Assembly: GCA_964247055.1 (NCBI GenBank) | Contig: OZ176055.1 | Coordinates: 9,734,001-9,798,000, forward strand | Reading direction: 5' to 3' | DNA from: Paragordius varius | Lineage: Eukaryota; Animalia; Nematomorpha | DNA: 64,000 nucleotides | Part shown: positions 63,737-64,000 of the stretch, one piece after another | Numbering within the stretch: the first letter of the stretch is position 1 | How the letters are laid out: the number at the start of each line of letters is the position of its first letter | The notes under the pieces: model-generated | The model's input: only the letters and a program-made list of their open reading frames with translations | Databases searched by the model: none | What the model was told of the DNA's origin: nothing | Position numbers and translations under genes: made by a program

Positions 63737-64000
63737 TTAACAATATTAAATTGTTAAACATACATACTTATAACATTATTATTTAACCATATCCAGTCAT
63801 TTCGAAAAACAAAACAATCAAGCACTTTGCATGCAATTTATATATGTGCAATATAATGAAAAAACATTTTATAATTATATATTTCAATGATGAATGTAAA
63901 ACAAGCTAGGTAAAATTTTATTTGAAATATCCAGGATTAAATGCTATGTTTTTCAAGATTCCAAAGGCCAACATATAGCAAAATTTATTTAAAAATTGAT

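Noticed and set aside
61320-63786. ORFs 61320..61502, 63504..63686 and 63598..63786
   Set aside because: They fall in or next to family C/D repeat sequence; no splice structure or homology recognised.

Overview
Very AT-rich eukaryotic (animal-like) genomic DNA with spliceosomal GT-AG introns; nothing supports a prokaryotic or phage origin. Gene models were reconstructed by hand, exon by exon: the 3' end of an unidentified + gene (491-666); glycerol kinase (-, 14 exons); phosphoserine phosphatase (+, head-to-head with GK); mitochondrial folate/FAD carrier SLC25A32 (-, tail-to-tail with PSPH); a tandemly duplicated secreted chymotrypsin-fold serine protease (one intact copy, one frameshifted); an INCENP-like gene; and an unidentified coiled-coil gene (-). 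An ~11-kb satellite of 169-172-bp monomers with higher-order structure follows INCENP. There are two decayed RTE-clade LINE fragments and at least five non-autonomous DNA-transposon families, mostly in introns. The most striking pattern is intron architecture: in each housekeeping gene the first 1-3 introns are 21-34 nt, and all later introns are longer (81-1629 nt) and often contain MITEs. Micro-introns plus extreme AT content suggest a reduced parasitic animal such as a myxozoan cnidarian, but this is inference only.
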